NCBI RefSeq assembly: GCF_009914755.1
Contig: NC_060927.1
Length of the DNA: 64,000 nucleotides
Strand: one strand, 5' to 3'
Source of the DNA: the human T2T-CHM13v2.0 reference genome, Homo sapiens
The notes beneath the pieces were generated by a model that saw only the letters and a program-made list of their open reading frames with translations, did not search any database and was not told where the DNA came from. Made by a program: the position numbers and the translations under genes. Shown here in pieces: positions 44,836 through 57,741 of the stretch (position 1 is its first letter; every line of letters starts with the position of its first letter).

Positions 44836-45466
44836 TGTCAATGAAAAGAGGCAAACTCTGCAAAATATTTGAAGAGATTTATTCTGAGCCAAATATGAGT
44901 GACCATGGCCTGTGACACAGCCCTCAGGAGGTCCTAAGAACATGCGCCCAAGGTAGTTGGGCACCTGTTCAGCTTGGTTCACTGGTGCAGCTTGTTTTTC
45001 TACATTTTAGGGAGACATGAGACTTCAGTCAAATACATTTAAGAAATACATTGGTTTGGTCCGGAAAGGCAGGACAGCTCGAAGCAGGGGCTTCCAGCTT
45101 ATAGGTAGATTTTAAAATTTTCTGGTTGACAATTGGTTGAGTTTTTCTAAAGAGCTGGGGGTGAATAAAAAGGAATGTCTGGGTTAAGATAAAGGATGGT
45201 GGAGGCCCGAGTTCTTATTTGTAGAGGAAGCCTTCACGTCCTAGGCTTCAGAGAGAATAGGTTGTAAAATATTTCTTATCAGACTTAAAGTCTGTGTTGA
45301 TGTTCATGCCGGAGAGGTGTAAGGAGGCATGTTCGACCCCCATTTCCCATCACGGCCTGAAACAGTCTCTCAGATTAAATTTTAAAAGAGCCTTTGTCTC
45401 CTGTGTAGAGGAGGAAGTCCATTCAGATGGTTGGGGGGGGTCTTAGAATTTTATTTTTGGTTTACA
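44836..45466 (-). mobile_element. MER4A (ERV1) solo LTR
   Basis: The reverse complement starts TGTAAACCAAAAATAAAATTCTAAG..CCCC..AACCATCTGAATGGACTTCCTCCTC; TG...CA termini; 4-bp TSD ATCT. Confidence 0.88.
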
Positions 45467-45598
45467 ATCTCCAGTTCTTTTTCTTCTTCCCACTGATTAT
45501 TTGGTATGATTTTCATCATGCCCCTTATGTTCCTCCCACTCTCTTACCAAAGGCTCGTCAGAGTGAGCCTGATTTCTTTGAGTCCTTGAGCACTTAAC

Positions 45599-45601
<3 letters not shown>

Positions 45602-45648
<47 letters not shown>
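45602..45648. repeat. (GT)23 microsatellite
   Basis: Direct reading. Confidence 0.97.
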
Positions 45649-45649
<1 letters not shown>

Positions 45650-46249
45650 TGGACACTTATTCTTTTGCATGAAAATAACACACATCACATCTATTTGGGA
45701 GGTGGAGTAGTTGCTATGGACAATGGAGGCAGCATGGTGATGGGCGCAGAGCCTGGGTTTTGGAGTTGGGCTGTTTTGAATCCCATTCACCACATATGCT
45801 GTGTGTCTTGGGCTAATTACTTTAGTCTGGGCATCAGCTACCTCAGCTGTGAAGTAGGTGTGCTCACCTTGCCCACAGGGTTGCTGCTGGGATCATCTGA
45901 GTTGATGCACCAGAGTCAAGCTGGTGCACAGGGCTCCTTAGCCAGTGGTGGGATACAAAAGAAGAGGGTGCTCCGAGAATGCTGTTGCTGTGGTCTGCAT
46001 GGCTCCCCTAAACCCGCAAGGAGAGTATGTTGTCATGGATGGAGCCTTATGACTGGGCTGCCTTCTGCATAGGCGTGACACCCACTTGTGTTCTCCAGGC
46101 AGAGGGCCTGGGCCTCTAAGTGACATGGTGGCCGAGGGGATTGCCTGAATTAGTATCCTGCCTATACAGGCCTCTTCTGATCAGACTCTCAGAACAAAAG
46201 TTTCTGATTTTAAGAAATCCTAAAGACGAAAGGGAAAAGAAAGAGAATA

Positions 46250-46360
46250 CTAAATTCCTTGGGAGCAGGGGTTAGTCTTGTTCATTCATGGATGTATCCC
46301 CAGCACCTAGGCAGTGCTTGGCAAATAGCAGGAGTTTAAATATTTGTTGAATGAATAATA
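46250..46360 (+). mobile_element. L2 3' end
   Basis: ccccagcacctaggcagtgcttggcaaatagcagg...aaatatttgttgaatgaat. Confidence 0.75.
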
Positions 46361-47379
46361 ACCACAGCTGCCTTCCACTCACTGTGTGCAAGTCAGTTGC
46401 TAAGTGTCCTGTGTGGATTATCTCACTGAATCCTCACCCCAGCTCTGTGCTATGTGGCATGGAGACAGAGGCATGAAGCCGCAGAAGTGACTTTTTGAGT
46501 TACACAGCCAGAAAAGGTGGCACGGTGAAGGCTCAGACATTGTCCGGCTTCACCTTGCACCCTTTCCTGAGCAGAAGTGAAGAGGATATAGTTGATCCAC
46601 TCAGCCATCTTATCATGAAATTATATGGCCTTGAGGCATAGTTCTTTGGAAGAAGACTTTCAGATAGTTAGAACTTTGGGTTTGCTGCCAAGTTACTCTA
46701 GTTGCCAGCCTAGTGGTGAGAATGCAAGTGTGGCTTGATCCCCACACATCCTGAAGCATTTATAGATAAGAAGCAGCTAATATGAGACTATCTTTCTTAT
46801 TAATCTTTAATTACTCATTACAGAAGTATCAGAAATTCACGTAATAAGAAGAGCTAACTAATTACATCCTGCATTCTTTATCAGTCAGGATTTATTGTTC
46901 TGTTAACAAAACCAATCGATTGAAATAATCTATGTAAGTTCATTAAGATATACAAACAGTGTCAACTCAATAAAGAAGAGAGGGTGACTAAGATAATTAA
47001 AAGTAGGCATGCCAGTTATTATAGAAGAGTTAAGAAAAAAAATTTTTTTACCCCAAATTGTCCCTTTATATAAAGAAACCCATTAAAGATCCCATTAACC
47101 CTCACTGTGCATCTGTTTGTTCATTTTCAACATAAATAATCAGCTTCAACACTATTTACATAATTATTTCAACAACTAGAAAGACACTCTGAACTTCTTT
47201 ATTTGAAGCCTTTATAGTAAAATCATGAACTTTGTTCCTCTAATGGATAAGAGAATGGATCAGATATGTTAGTGAATTTATATTAGAAGGCCAAGGTCAT
47301 AAAAGAACCATTAATTAATAGTAATGTTTATAGGTTCATTGCTTTTTAATGTAGGCAATGTATGTAATAATTTTAAGCA

Positions 47380-47800
47380 ATTCAGTAATGTTCTCATTTC
47401 TCTTTCATTTGGCACATATTCTAAATGTTTCTGTGTATATGAGCACACAGTCTTTTCGCAAAAATGGATTCATATTTTACAGAATATTCAGCAACTCTTA
47501 TTTCAATCAAATGTATTTGAATAACAGAGCATTCCATCACATTTGTTACTCAGAAGTGCTGCAGTGAGTGCAGTGCGTACAGTGCACTGAATGGAATGCA
47601 TATATTTTTGCAAGGTTGGGTGTGCTTCTATTGAATAAAATCTAGAAGTGAAATTTATGCACCAAAGGGTATACACACAGGCACCTACCAGAATGTCTAC
47701 CAAACAGGGCATAATGTTTACACAGTTACCAACAGTTTGAGGCTTCTAAATAATAGGAGATTCCTAGCTGGCTAATTTTCATTTGCATTCCCTTGAATTG
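47380..47800 (-). mobile_element. Old L1ME fragment
   Basis: Antisense L1 3'-like sequence (tctagaagtgaaatt..., ctaattttcatttgcattccc). Confidence 0.45.
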
Positions 47801-49479
47801 TCTCTCCCAATCCTAAGTGTGTTCTGCGAATTTTGCCTCGTTGAATTCTTATTCTTTTTTCCTCCATCACCTCCTTCTGTTTCTGCCCTGACATAATTGC
47901 TCTAGTAATATGGTGTAGGTTTTCCCTCAGTCTGTTTAAAATGGTCACTTGTCTCCTGTGTAGAGGGCGACCCAACTGCAGGTTCTTAAAGTGCAGGGGA
48001 ATGGGATATTTGAAACGCCATCCAGAACGCCCTGCAAATCTGTGTGAGTGCATTGTTATCATCGGCTGGATTCCATTTACGAAAGAGGACATTATCATTT
48101 CACCCTCCATTACACTGTCAGCCTTCCTTTGCTTGCCGGGTAGATGTTTGTGGAGATAGCTCACTGTTTTAGAGGAAAAGTAAAGAATACAATATTTTCA
48201 GTGCCAGAAGCCCTCGTGTACTGTAGGTTTTTGTTTGTGCAAATCTAATTCATCATTGCCTCTTGATTTTCAGTGCCATAATGGAGGTCGGAGGAAAGAG
48301 ATTTAAATAGTGGGAAAGACTTCCCTTGGCCACTTAAGTTCGTCTTTCGGTTTTGCAGGTTTTATTAAGTTCATTGTGAACTGCATGTTTAATATTATAC
48401 TGAAAAGTTTCTGATCTTGATCTATCCAGAGTATAAACATAAAGAGATAATGTTAAAAATTGTTTTAGCTCTCATGGGCAAGGTATTACAAGATCTATCT
48501 AAAATGGACAAACTAACTGATTGAATTATGAAAGAATAGTTGAAATATGAGAGTAATTTTGTGCAGTTGAAGTTAAAATTTTAAGGTCAAACCACTGGTG
48601 CATGAAGAGAGATGTCTCTGACAAGAGAAAAGGCATATTTTTCTGATTCACTTTGAAGTCTAACTTCAAGCCATGCATTAAATTAACAATATTATCATAA
48701 AAATGAGGGTGCTAATTCTGTCCGATGTTGAAATTTGAAAAATGACTTTACAGAAGCTTAAGCCATGCATTAAATGAACACAGCATTAACCGGGCCAATA
48801 TTGTTACATCAATTTAAATGCCTCCTGCAGCCCATATTTGTGCAGACTTGAATTAAGAAGAGCATCATTTGTTAGTTCAAGCAAGAACTTTCTGATGCCC
48901 TGGTTTTAATTTGCAGATTTTCTTTAGAACGGTTTCTCCGATGCTTTGCCGCTGTGGATTTGCTTTTTAAAGTAATCGATTCCGTATTAAAAGTATGAGG
49001 ATAGTATTTTCTTTCAGTGCTCATTTGTTCTGTACTACTAATTGTGTCCAGTTGTGTTTCAAATTACATAAGATGCTTTTGTAATGCAAAAGATCCCTAG
49101 GATGGCTTGTGTTGGTCAAAATAATGTGTGTTCATCTGCTTTATTACATAATCCCTACATGTTTTCATTCAAAGGTTATTTAATCAAAAGTGCACCAGTA
49201 AAACTGTAAAAATATTTAATGGAGTCCCAGCAATTCTGCATCAGTTTCTTGTATTACATGAGCATGGCAGCATTTAATTCTATGGGTTTTTTTGGCAGAA
49301 CTTTGGATTCTTTAAAACATAGCCACTTACTTCCTTTACTTTTTGTTTATTTACCTGTTTTTTGAAGGGGGTAGAGATTCTTATCTTATTTTTTGTTTCT
49401 GTGCCAATTTTTTTTCTGGCTTTGTTCCTAGTCCTTTCCATCAGTGATCTTCTCTGCAATTTTGCCTTTTTGTTTCTTT

Positions 49480-50060
49480 GTTCTATCGATTCATTCAACA
49501 AATAGTACTGAGTGCTCTGCATTAAGCATTGGGGCTAACTTAAGACAAGCTGTCTGCTCTCAGAGACTTAGGTTTTCTGTGTGTGAGCCTTGTTTGGGGG
49601 CTACCAGGAAGCAGGTCTCACAACACAGTGTGGCCAGTGCAGTCTTGGAGAGGGAGTAGTTGGGGGGCTGGGTGTCTAGAGCTGGGTCATGTATCGCCTG
49701 GGGCTCTGTGGTGGCTTATCAGAAGAAGTCATGACTAAGTGGACACTTGAAGATAAGTAGGCTAGCCAGGCATAGGCAAACGTGATGGGACAAGGCAGGG
49801 AGAGAAGGAGGAAGGAGTCAACAACTGAGGAGGAAAGTGCCATTTGCAGGTGTAAGATCCCCCTACCCCAGCCCCTAAGAAGGAGCTCTTGGTGTGTCTG
49901 GATCACATAGGGGGGTGGGTGAATGTGGAGGCAAGTGGATCCGGTGAGTGATGGTGAAATGAATGAGACTGGATGGAGAGAGGCAAGCCAGATCGAACCA
50001 GTCTGGTCAGCCAGGTGGAGGAATTGGGACAACCCATGGAGGCAATGGAGACCCACAGAA
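49480..50060 (-). mobile_element. L2 fragment
   Basis: attcattcaacaaatagtactgagtgct followed by purine-rich L2 antisense sequence. Confidence 0.65.
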
Positions 50061-50741
50061 ATGAGTCTCAGCTTCAGGGCAGGGTGTTGAGATGCGCCCC
50101 GAAGCCGGTCCCTGCTTAGAGAGGTCTTTCCTCATCCTCTTCTCTAGGTGACTGATAACCTTCTGTTAGGCCTGAAAGCGGAATTGCTTTCATCTCTCAA
50201 GTTCAGCTTCTGACATTAGGTGGGTTCCTCACTGTTATCCAGAGCCCAAAGTCAGTTGTCTTTGGCTCTCTGGCTTTTGGACTGTGATTCACCTGAGCCT
50301 GTGTATGCTGGGATTCTACACTAATGCAGAAGCTCCTGTGAACCTTGGTGGGAGGGTCTAGCCCATTTGCATTGCTTTTAGATCCTTCCCCAAAACGTTC
50401 TGGCCCTTCATTTAATCAAAGTTGTCTTTCCTATCTTAGATCATCATTAAGATTCTCATTGATCACTTTGCTGTGTCTGTAAAAGGGGAGATCTAGGGAA
50501 TGCTCACAGACATTGGGCAAAAGGAAAGAAAAGGCATATGATGATGTGTCCCTTGCCTTCAGGGCGGAGAGTTTGGAGGTTGGTTGAATGGAGACAGAGG
50601 GACAGTTACCTCAGCAAGAGTTGTGCGATGTAGTCTAATACCTGAGGAAGATTGTGGGTTTGTCTCAAGCTTGTTGTTATTTTTGGAGGGACTGTTGCAG
50701 CATCACAAATAAGCACTATTTGTTATAAAAAGGAAAGCCAG

Positions 50742-51062
<321 letters not shown>

Positions 51063-53159
51063 AAAGGCCTTATGTTCAGATGGAACAAGAGTAAACATAC
51101 TCTTTTACTAAGAAAAGTAAAAAACGGTTCATTGTCACTCTACAATGATGGTCATAAGCAAACTTAGCCAGTGTTTTATGTCCCCAGCACACAGTAGGTG
51201 CTTAGGGTAATATTCAGTGAGCAAATAAAGAAGTGAAGAGTTCTGTGGCAGATGCCTTCCTGCGTGGGGATTTCCCAGTAAGCTGGCTGCACCGTCTTGG
51301 CTCCCTATCTGCCAAAGACCCCGGTCCCTGGGAGGATTCAGAGGGTGGCTTAGAGTGGGACAGTGTGTGGCCAGACATCATGGGCTTGTCTTGGGTACAT
51401 AGATAGTGACATGTGCCTGATGACATGGCATCTTATCCCCAACAAATGCAGATCCATGATCTCCAGAGAAGGCCAAGGACACATGCCCCTGTTCCAAAGA
51501 GTGAGTCACTTTGCCGTCACTGACATCACCCTCTTCCTTCATAGCAAGTTCCAGCTCTGGGTGCAGGGTGTCATCTGTTGGCCTTTCCCTTTATGTAGCA
51601 CACATCACACTCACATATATATTTTCTTTCTTTTTTGTGCATTTGTGCCTGTGCACCTAGATGCCTTTCTCATTCTTACGTGCCAGGTTCTATGTTGACT
51701 TATTTCATCCTCACAGTGAGCTCATGAAAGAGGTGCAGTTAGAATACCTGTTTCCCCAACACAAAAGCTGAGGCCAAGCTCACCCAGCTAGTGTGTGGCA
51801 GAGTCAGGATTTGAACCCGGGCCTGCCTGCCTCAGTTGCTTTAGCTCTACTGTTCTACCCTTGTGAGAATCAGAAAAGGAAAGCCAACCAGGAAGGAAGC
51901 AGAGAGAAGAAAGCCAACAGCATCCGAGTCCCCGTATGCTATGTGGCAGCTTCTAAGCTCTTTAAAGGGTGAAAGCTGTTTGTCCATTTCCTTACCGTGT
52001 AGTTGGTGGGCTGGACTGGACCCATTTCCAGGGCAGCCTGGGCCCACTCCTGTCTTCCTAAGAGACTCTTCCCATTTCCCAGAAATTTGCAAGAAGGACT
52101 AACCACTTGGGCAGAAAGGGGAAAGTTTAAGTACGTCTTTAGGGTTCAATCCTGGTAGTGCAGGGAAGTAAAAGCAAATTATAGAAGGAAATTGCATCTA
52201 GCTGGTGATGATGTACATTGTATCCTTTTCTTCCTTAGACTGTTGATATCAGATTATTTCACTAGGGATCAAGGAGAGCCATTTATAAGGCTGTTGTGTC
52301 TTAGGGCAAGAGGTGACCAAATCTTGAGTTGTAAATATATATGGCTCTTCTACAACATCGTTTCACAAAATAGAAATCTAGAGAACATACACAAAAATGC
52401 AGAAGCTGAAAGATTTCCAAATAAAGGGCTGCGAGGAGTCTGGAAGCAGTTCCGTGCACAGGGCATCCTTGGGGTCCCCCTCGGGAGGAGCCGTTGGGTA
52501 GTGAGAGGAGCGTGCATAGCTAGCAGGCCTTAGTACAGCTGCCTGGTGTGCACAGTTCCCTTACACACATGGCTGAGCCCGGCTCCCTCTGGTGATACAG
52601 ACCAGATTGCTCAGCATAGCTTTATCCTGATGCAGTCAAGGGAAATTAGTCAACTGCAAGCTTGGATGATGCCACTAACAAGCTGGCTGGGATTCTGAAG
52701 AGCGGATTCTTCCACTGAGGCCATAGCACACACAGTGCTGGCAAGCATGGTTTTGATTACTGCACATGTACCTCCCTGATGAGGGCAAGAACTCCTTGGT
52801 CTTCTTGACTTTTAAATCCCCTCTGGAGCCCCCACAAGTATAGACTTTTATATTAGCAAGGCAGTTTCAGGTCTGTTGCCTCACTCAATTTCTGCAGGGC
52901 CCCCAGAGGGAGACTGAAGGTGAATTAGTGTATTCTTATGCATAAGATTCTGGGATCAGAGAGGCTTAGCAACTTCTCCAAGGCCACACAGTGAGTACAC
53001 GGTAGAGGCAGGACTTGGACCCAAGTGACCTGACTCCCAGCTCAAACTGTACAACCCCAGGAATCAATTTTGAGAGTGTGTATTAGGTAGAATGTCAATG
53101 AAGTGATTCAATTTACCTGGAAAATGGAAGAATGAGAGGAAGTAAAACCACGGTGGGAA

Positions 53160-53700
53160 CCTCAGTTAAGAAAGTTTTGGGCTCTGGTTTATAGAACAGG
53201 TGAGGAAAGGTTGGTTCAGCATACAGGCATCTGATAATGTCATGTAAGAAGCCTGGAGGAAGGTGGCTGCAGCTTTTGCACAGTAGCTCAACATTATCTT
53301 CAGGGGCCCACACTGGCTCCGTCTTCCTGCTGTGTCTTCCTTGGGCTTTGCATTCCGTTCTTTCTCTTGTAACCTCATAGTTGCAAAATGGCTGCAGCAA
53401 CTCCACAATAGCATCCCAAGCAGGAAGAAAAGAGTGAGTATAGATGAGTTTTCCCTTAATGGCAGGAAAACGTTTCATTGAAACTGCCCATCAAACTTTC
53501 CCTTATGTCATGGTCATTTGACTGCCCCTAGCTGCAGGGCAGCCTATGAAAGGTCGTGTCCAACAACGGGGAACTGGATGGCTGTGACTGGCTAAGACCC
53601 TTTGTGCTTCAGGCCTTAGAAATCGGTGTATTGTCACCCTAAACCAAATGAGTCAGCAAGGGAAGTGAAGGAGAGGGGACTGGCTGTTTTCTCAGCAACT
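53160..53700 (-). mobile_element. Old MLT1-type LTR
   Basis: caaaatggctgcagcaactcca...atggtcatttgactgcccctagctgcaggg; family approximate. Confidence 0.5.
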
Positions 53701-54029
53701 TCCAGGGTCAGTCCAACAGAGATTGAGAGCTTTGGAGGAGTTTTCCTTCATATTGAACTCTGCAGTTGCTTCTTGGATCCTGAGCTGATGTTCTGTTTGT
53801 TGACTAAAAGTCATACTCCCATTTGTCAGTGGCTAATGTCATAAATATATTTTTTCTCCATGCCTTGTTAGAAGATATTTAAGCCCTCAAATCATTGGGA
53901 TATAATTTTTCAAATACTTTTTATATGACTAAAAGCAAAGATGAACGAGAGGGCACAAGCCTGACTGATGGGGAGATCTGGAGGTTTGGGGGCCAGAGAG
54001 GATAAGTTGGGGGCATTGAGGACCTGTTG

Positions 54030-54250
54030 TGAGTGGCAGTGAGGTCAGACTGCCTGAATTTGAATCTGGACTCCACCACCCCTCACTTACTCTCTGGTGT
54101 CTTTGGGCAAGTCGATCATTTTTGCCGTGCCTCAGTTTCCCCATCTGTAAAGGGTGAGTGATTGGACGTGCTTGCCAAACGGTGCTAAGATAACGTGCAG
54201 ATGAAGTTTCCCTGCTGCCTAGGTGCAGTAAGTGCTCAATAACAGTTAAT
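54030..54250 (+). mobile_element. MIR
   Basis: tcagactgcctgaatttgaatc...tttgggcaagtc...gcctcagtttccccatctgtaaa. Confidence 0.8.
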
Positions 54251-54589
54251 TGCCAAGGTCAGTTTGATCACCACTTCTGCTTGCTTAGTGAGGCTCTCTC
54301 CATGGGAAACCTGATGCATCCCAGTTGCTCTTGAGCAGCTTTAGGTCTAGCCCCTCTTCGACCTGTCCCTGCGGTGTATCCAGAGGGATTTCCCAAACTC
54401 GTATCTTTATTCCACTCACTCCCTTGCTCACAGCCCTGCCTGGTCCTCGCTGACTTTAGTTTTAAAGCACAAACTCCCGAGGCCCTCTTTGCTCAAGAGT
54501 TAGCTGGGTCTGGGAGAGATGGTTCTGTTCTCTTCCCTCAGGAGCTCCGGGCCTCTTTGGCTGCTAAAGTAGATATACCATAACGCTGT

Positions 54590-55110
54590 CATCAATCAAA
54601 TGGTCCTCAGGCACCTACTGTGGGTCCAGCCCTGTGCTTGCTGCAGAAAATAACACCGAAGGACCAGGCATGGGCCCTAATGGTGTGGTCCCACTTTGTG
54701 GTGGGGAATCCGGCCAACAGATAATTAGAATTTACAGGGATTATATGGAAGAGGGACCTAACCCAGTGCCTAGCCTGCACCAGAGCCTGCTTCCCAGAGG
54801 AGGTGGGAGTAATCTGACCCAGGAGGTGAACAGGAGTCAGCCAGAGAGAAGAGGTGCCAGAGCGAGAGCTCAAAGCAGGGGTCCCAGCATTGGAGGGACT
54901 GAAGGAAAAGAGGAGACATGTCAGAGGACAGCAGGGGAATAATGGCTGGCCAGGATAAGTTTTAGGGGAAGGCTGATGAGTAAAGATGCTAGAGTGTCAG
55001 CAGGACCAAGGGTCCAGAGCCTCACAAAGTCCCGGGAACATTCATCTGCACAGCAATGGGAGCTGTGAATAGGATTGACAAGAGGCAACACGATCAGATG
55101 TGTAAGGACC
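54590..55110 (-). mobile_element. L2 fragment
   Basis: catcaatcaaatgg...gcacctactgtggg followed by purine-rich L2 antisense sequence. Confidence 0.5.
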
Positions 55111-55791
55111 GGCCTCCCTGCAGGGCAGAGAAGCAAGCTTGCTGAGAGAAATGATGAGAATACTCACATTTTTGCTACCTGGTTGTGAGCTTCGGGCAAA
55201 TAAAAAGTGTGGGGGGGTCCTATTCTGGATATTCTGGGATTGAAGTGATGGGAGTGCCGGTGTTGGCAATGTATGGGAAATTGTGCATGGACAGTTTCCT
55301 GATCAGCACCCACATACCCTTGCAGAGTGACCAGGGAACATCAAGGCTTATTCTGTCCCCACTTGTGTAAGCCACACATGTGTCCCTTGGTTCCATGAAG
55401 CCAAAGACAGTAGCTGGAGCTGTATCCACGCAACTCTGGGGTGCTCTTCAGCTCCCACCAGGACCATGGGCTGTCAGCCATGCCCAGGGAACTGCCAGCG
55501 TTTGGAGGCAACCCCAAAGAATGATCAGTTAACAGGGTGCACCCTGAACCCTGCCAGCTACCAGCACATGCTCTAGAAGTTTCTCCTTCAAACAAGAAAA
55601 GAATGAAGTCTGTCTGCAGCACATAATCATAGTTGTCTAGAGGGACACCCATGAGAGAGTTCACCTTATGTGAATAAATGGAGCCTGTGATTGTGCCGCT
55701 TTTTTGTTTGTGTGCGTACCTCCTTAAATTATTAAGAAGTACCCTTCAATTCCTTAATTAAGTGTTCCTTCTTGACTTTTTTCCTTTGCAG

Positions 55792-55866
55792 TATAATGAG
55801 GAGCTTCACTATGTGGAACCTTGCCTGAATGGAACTTTGGTGCAAGCCGACAGGACAAACAAAGAG
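55792..55866 (+). CDS. CACNA2D3: CACNA2D3 coding exon (probably exon 9), 75 nt, phase 0/0; YNEELHYVEPCLNGTLVQADRTNKE
   Basis: Acceptor ttttttcctttgcAG; donor GAG/GTAGGG; continues the VWA domain; contains an NGT sequon. Confidence 0.96.
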
Positions 55867-57494
55867 GTAGGGGCAGCTCGGGGGAGCATTCCAGTCATGG
55901 TACACCCCTGTCTCCCTCATAGTGATTGTTTCACAATAAATCTGTCTTATCAAATGCACTGCCCTTTCATTGAGGCCCTTGGAGCCCCCATGTGTAGAAT
56001 ATTTATTAAGAGCACAAAGAAAATCATGGCACTAAAATAATTACATTGAATTCAAAGGCTTGCTAGTTCTGAAACAATTGCATTCACTTATTGTCCTTGT
56101 GCTCTAATAAACACAATGCTATGGTGTGCTTGATGCTTACGTTGACACTCTTGAAAGAATATGGCTCTTGCTAAGATTTCAAAGAAAATTGAACCCACTT
56201 GTTATTTCCCTTGTCCTTCTCACGATTGATTAAATGGTCACTGGGGTAACTGTTGGGGTAACTTGTCTGCTATTAAAGGTAAGCTTTTCAAGGATAGGAA
56301 TGCTGTCTGCTCACTACTGTATCCTCAATGTGCCAAGCATTGCCTGTTCCATTAATATTGTGGAACAAAAGGACGATACGTTAAAGGAGAATCTTACACA
56401 ATGGGATAGAGGTTTCCCCTCCAGTTTTGGAGTATCCTAGGAAAATTTCTAAAGTAGACTTCTGTAAAATAAATCCTGTTTCCCTTTAGCCACCTTTAAA
56501 TTTGTCAGTACAGCTACCGCAACCACCACTATACCACCCCTGCAGGGCCAGTTGACAGTTTCACTTGAAGGTATAGCTGTGGCTGCAGCCATGTCACAGC
56601 TTCTGGGACTCACAGCTGCCATTGCCCATGTTGATTTTCTGTACCTGACACACAGAGCTGCTCTTCCCCTGGAGAGCAGACCTGCATGAGGTAGCTGGGG
56701 GCAATGGCCAAGGCAGGCTTTTGTGAGGCACATTCTATATGCTGGAGAGAATCCCCTGGCTCGTATTGTGTTGGTGCTATCTTAGATGCAGGTAGTAGAA
56801 GCACTTAATTTAGGTATGTTTGAGGAAGTGAGCAACAGAGGATTGGGAGAAATTCATTCCAGTTGGAACACAAAGTATAAAGTGAAAAATACACTAGAGT
56901 TAATATCTGGGCTTCAGTTTGAGGGGAAAGAAGCAGCATGATAAGCTTCATATTTAGGAGGGAGGAACCAAGTACACTGAAGTTCAAAGAACAGGTGTAA
57001 CCTGAGAATGCTCATTCATGGTAATTGTTTAGGCTAAGGTAAGAAAAGTGACTTAAGTCTATAGCCGCATTTTTCTAGAGACTTTCCCGTTGTTTGGCCA
57101 TTGTGTAAGTGAAGATCTCATCCCTATTCCAATATTGTAATATTGTAATATCCTCCAGAGCCTCAAATAGGTGTTCCATCCTGGTGCTTGCAACGTTAAA
57201 CAGAACAAGCACTTAAATGATCAAAGCCTTCCTTCAGATTGCTTCCCAGAGGAACAAAGGACAGTATGATCTTTGGAAATAGGAAGTTTTATGAATGAAA
57301 AAAAGTCATTAGAGGAAATGGGCTAAGAAATTATTCTAAATTGCCTTTGAGTTTATGGATATTGAAGACTGGAATACTTTTGAATATAAAAACTAATCTG
57401 GACTTCTTATTCTGCCAATATGGAGTAACCATATTCCAATGAGGTCCTCACCTTTATAACTGAGAAGCCCTAGACATAACGCAACAAACAAGTA

Positions 57495-57741
57495 TAGGTT
57501 GAGTATTCCTTATCTAAAATGGTTGGGACTAGAAGTGTTTCTGATTTTTCAGATTTTGGAATATTTGCATTATACTTACGGGTTGAGCATCCCTAATCTG
57601 AAAATCTGAAATCCGCAATGCTCCAATGAGCATTTCCTTTGGGTATGACTGTTGAGCATTATATCGGTTCTCAAAAAGTTTCAGATTTTGGAGAATTTCA
57701 TATTTTGGATCTTGGATTTTTGGATTAGTATGCCTAATCTG
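57495..57741. mobile_element. Tigger4a/MER46 (TcMar-Tigger) MITE
   Basis: TA-flanked aggttgagtattcctta...gttgagcatccctaatctgaaaatctgaaatcc...aatgctccaatgagcatttcctttg. Confidence 0.85.
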
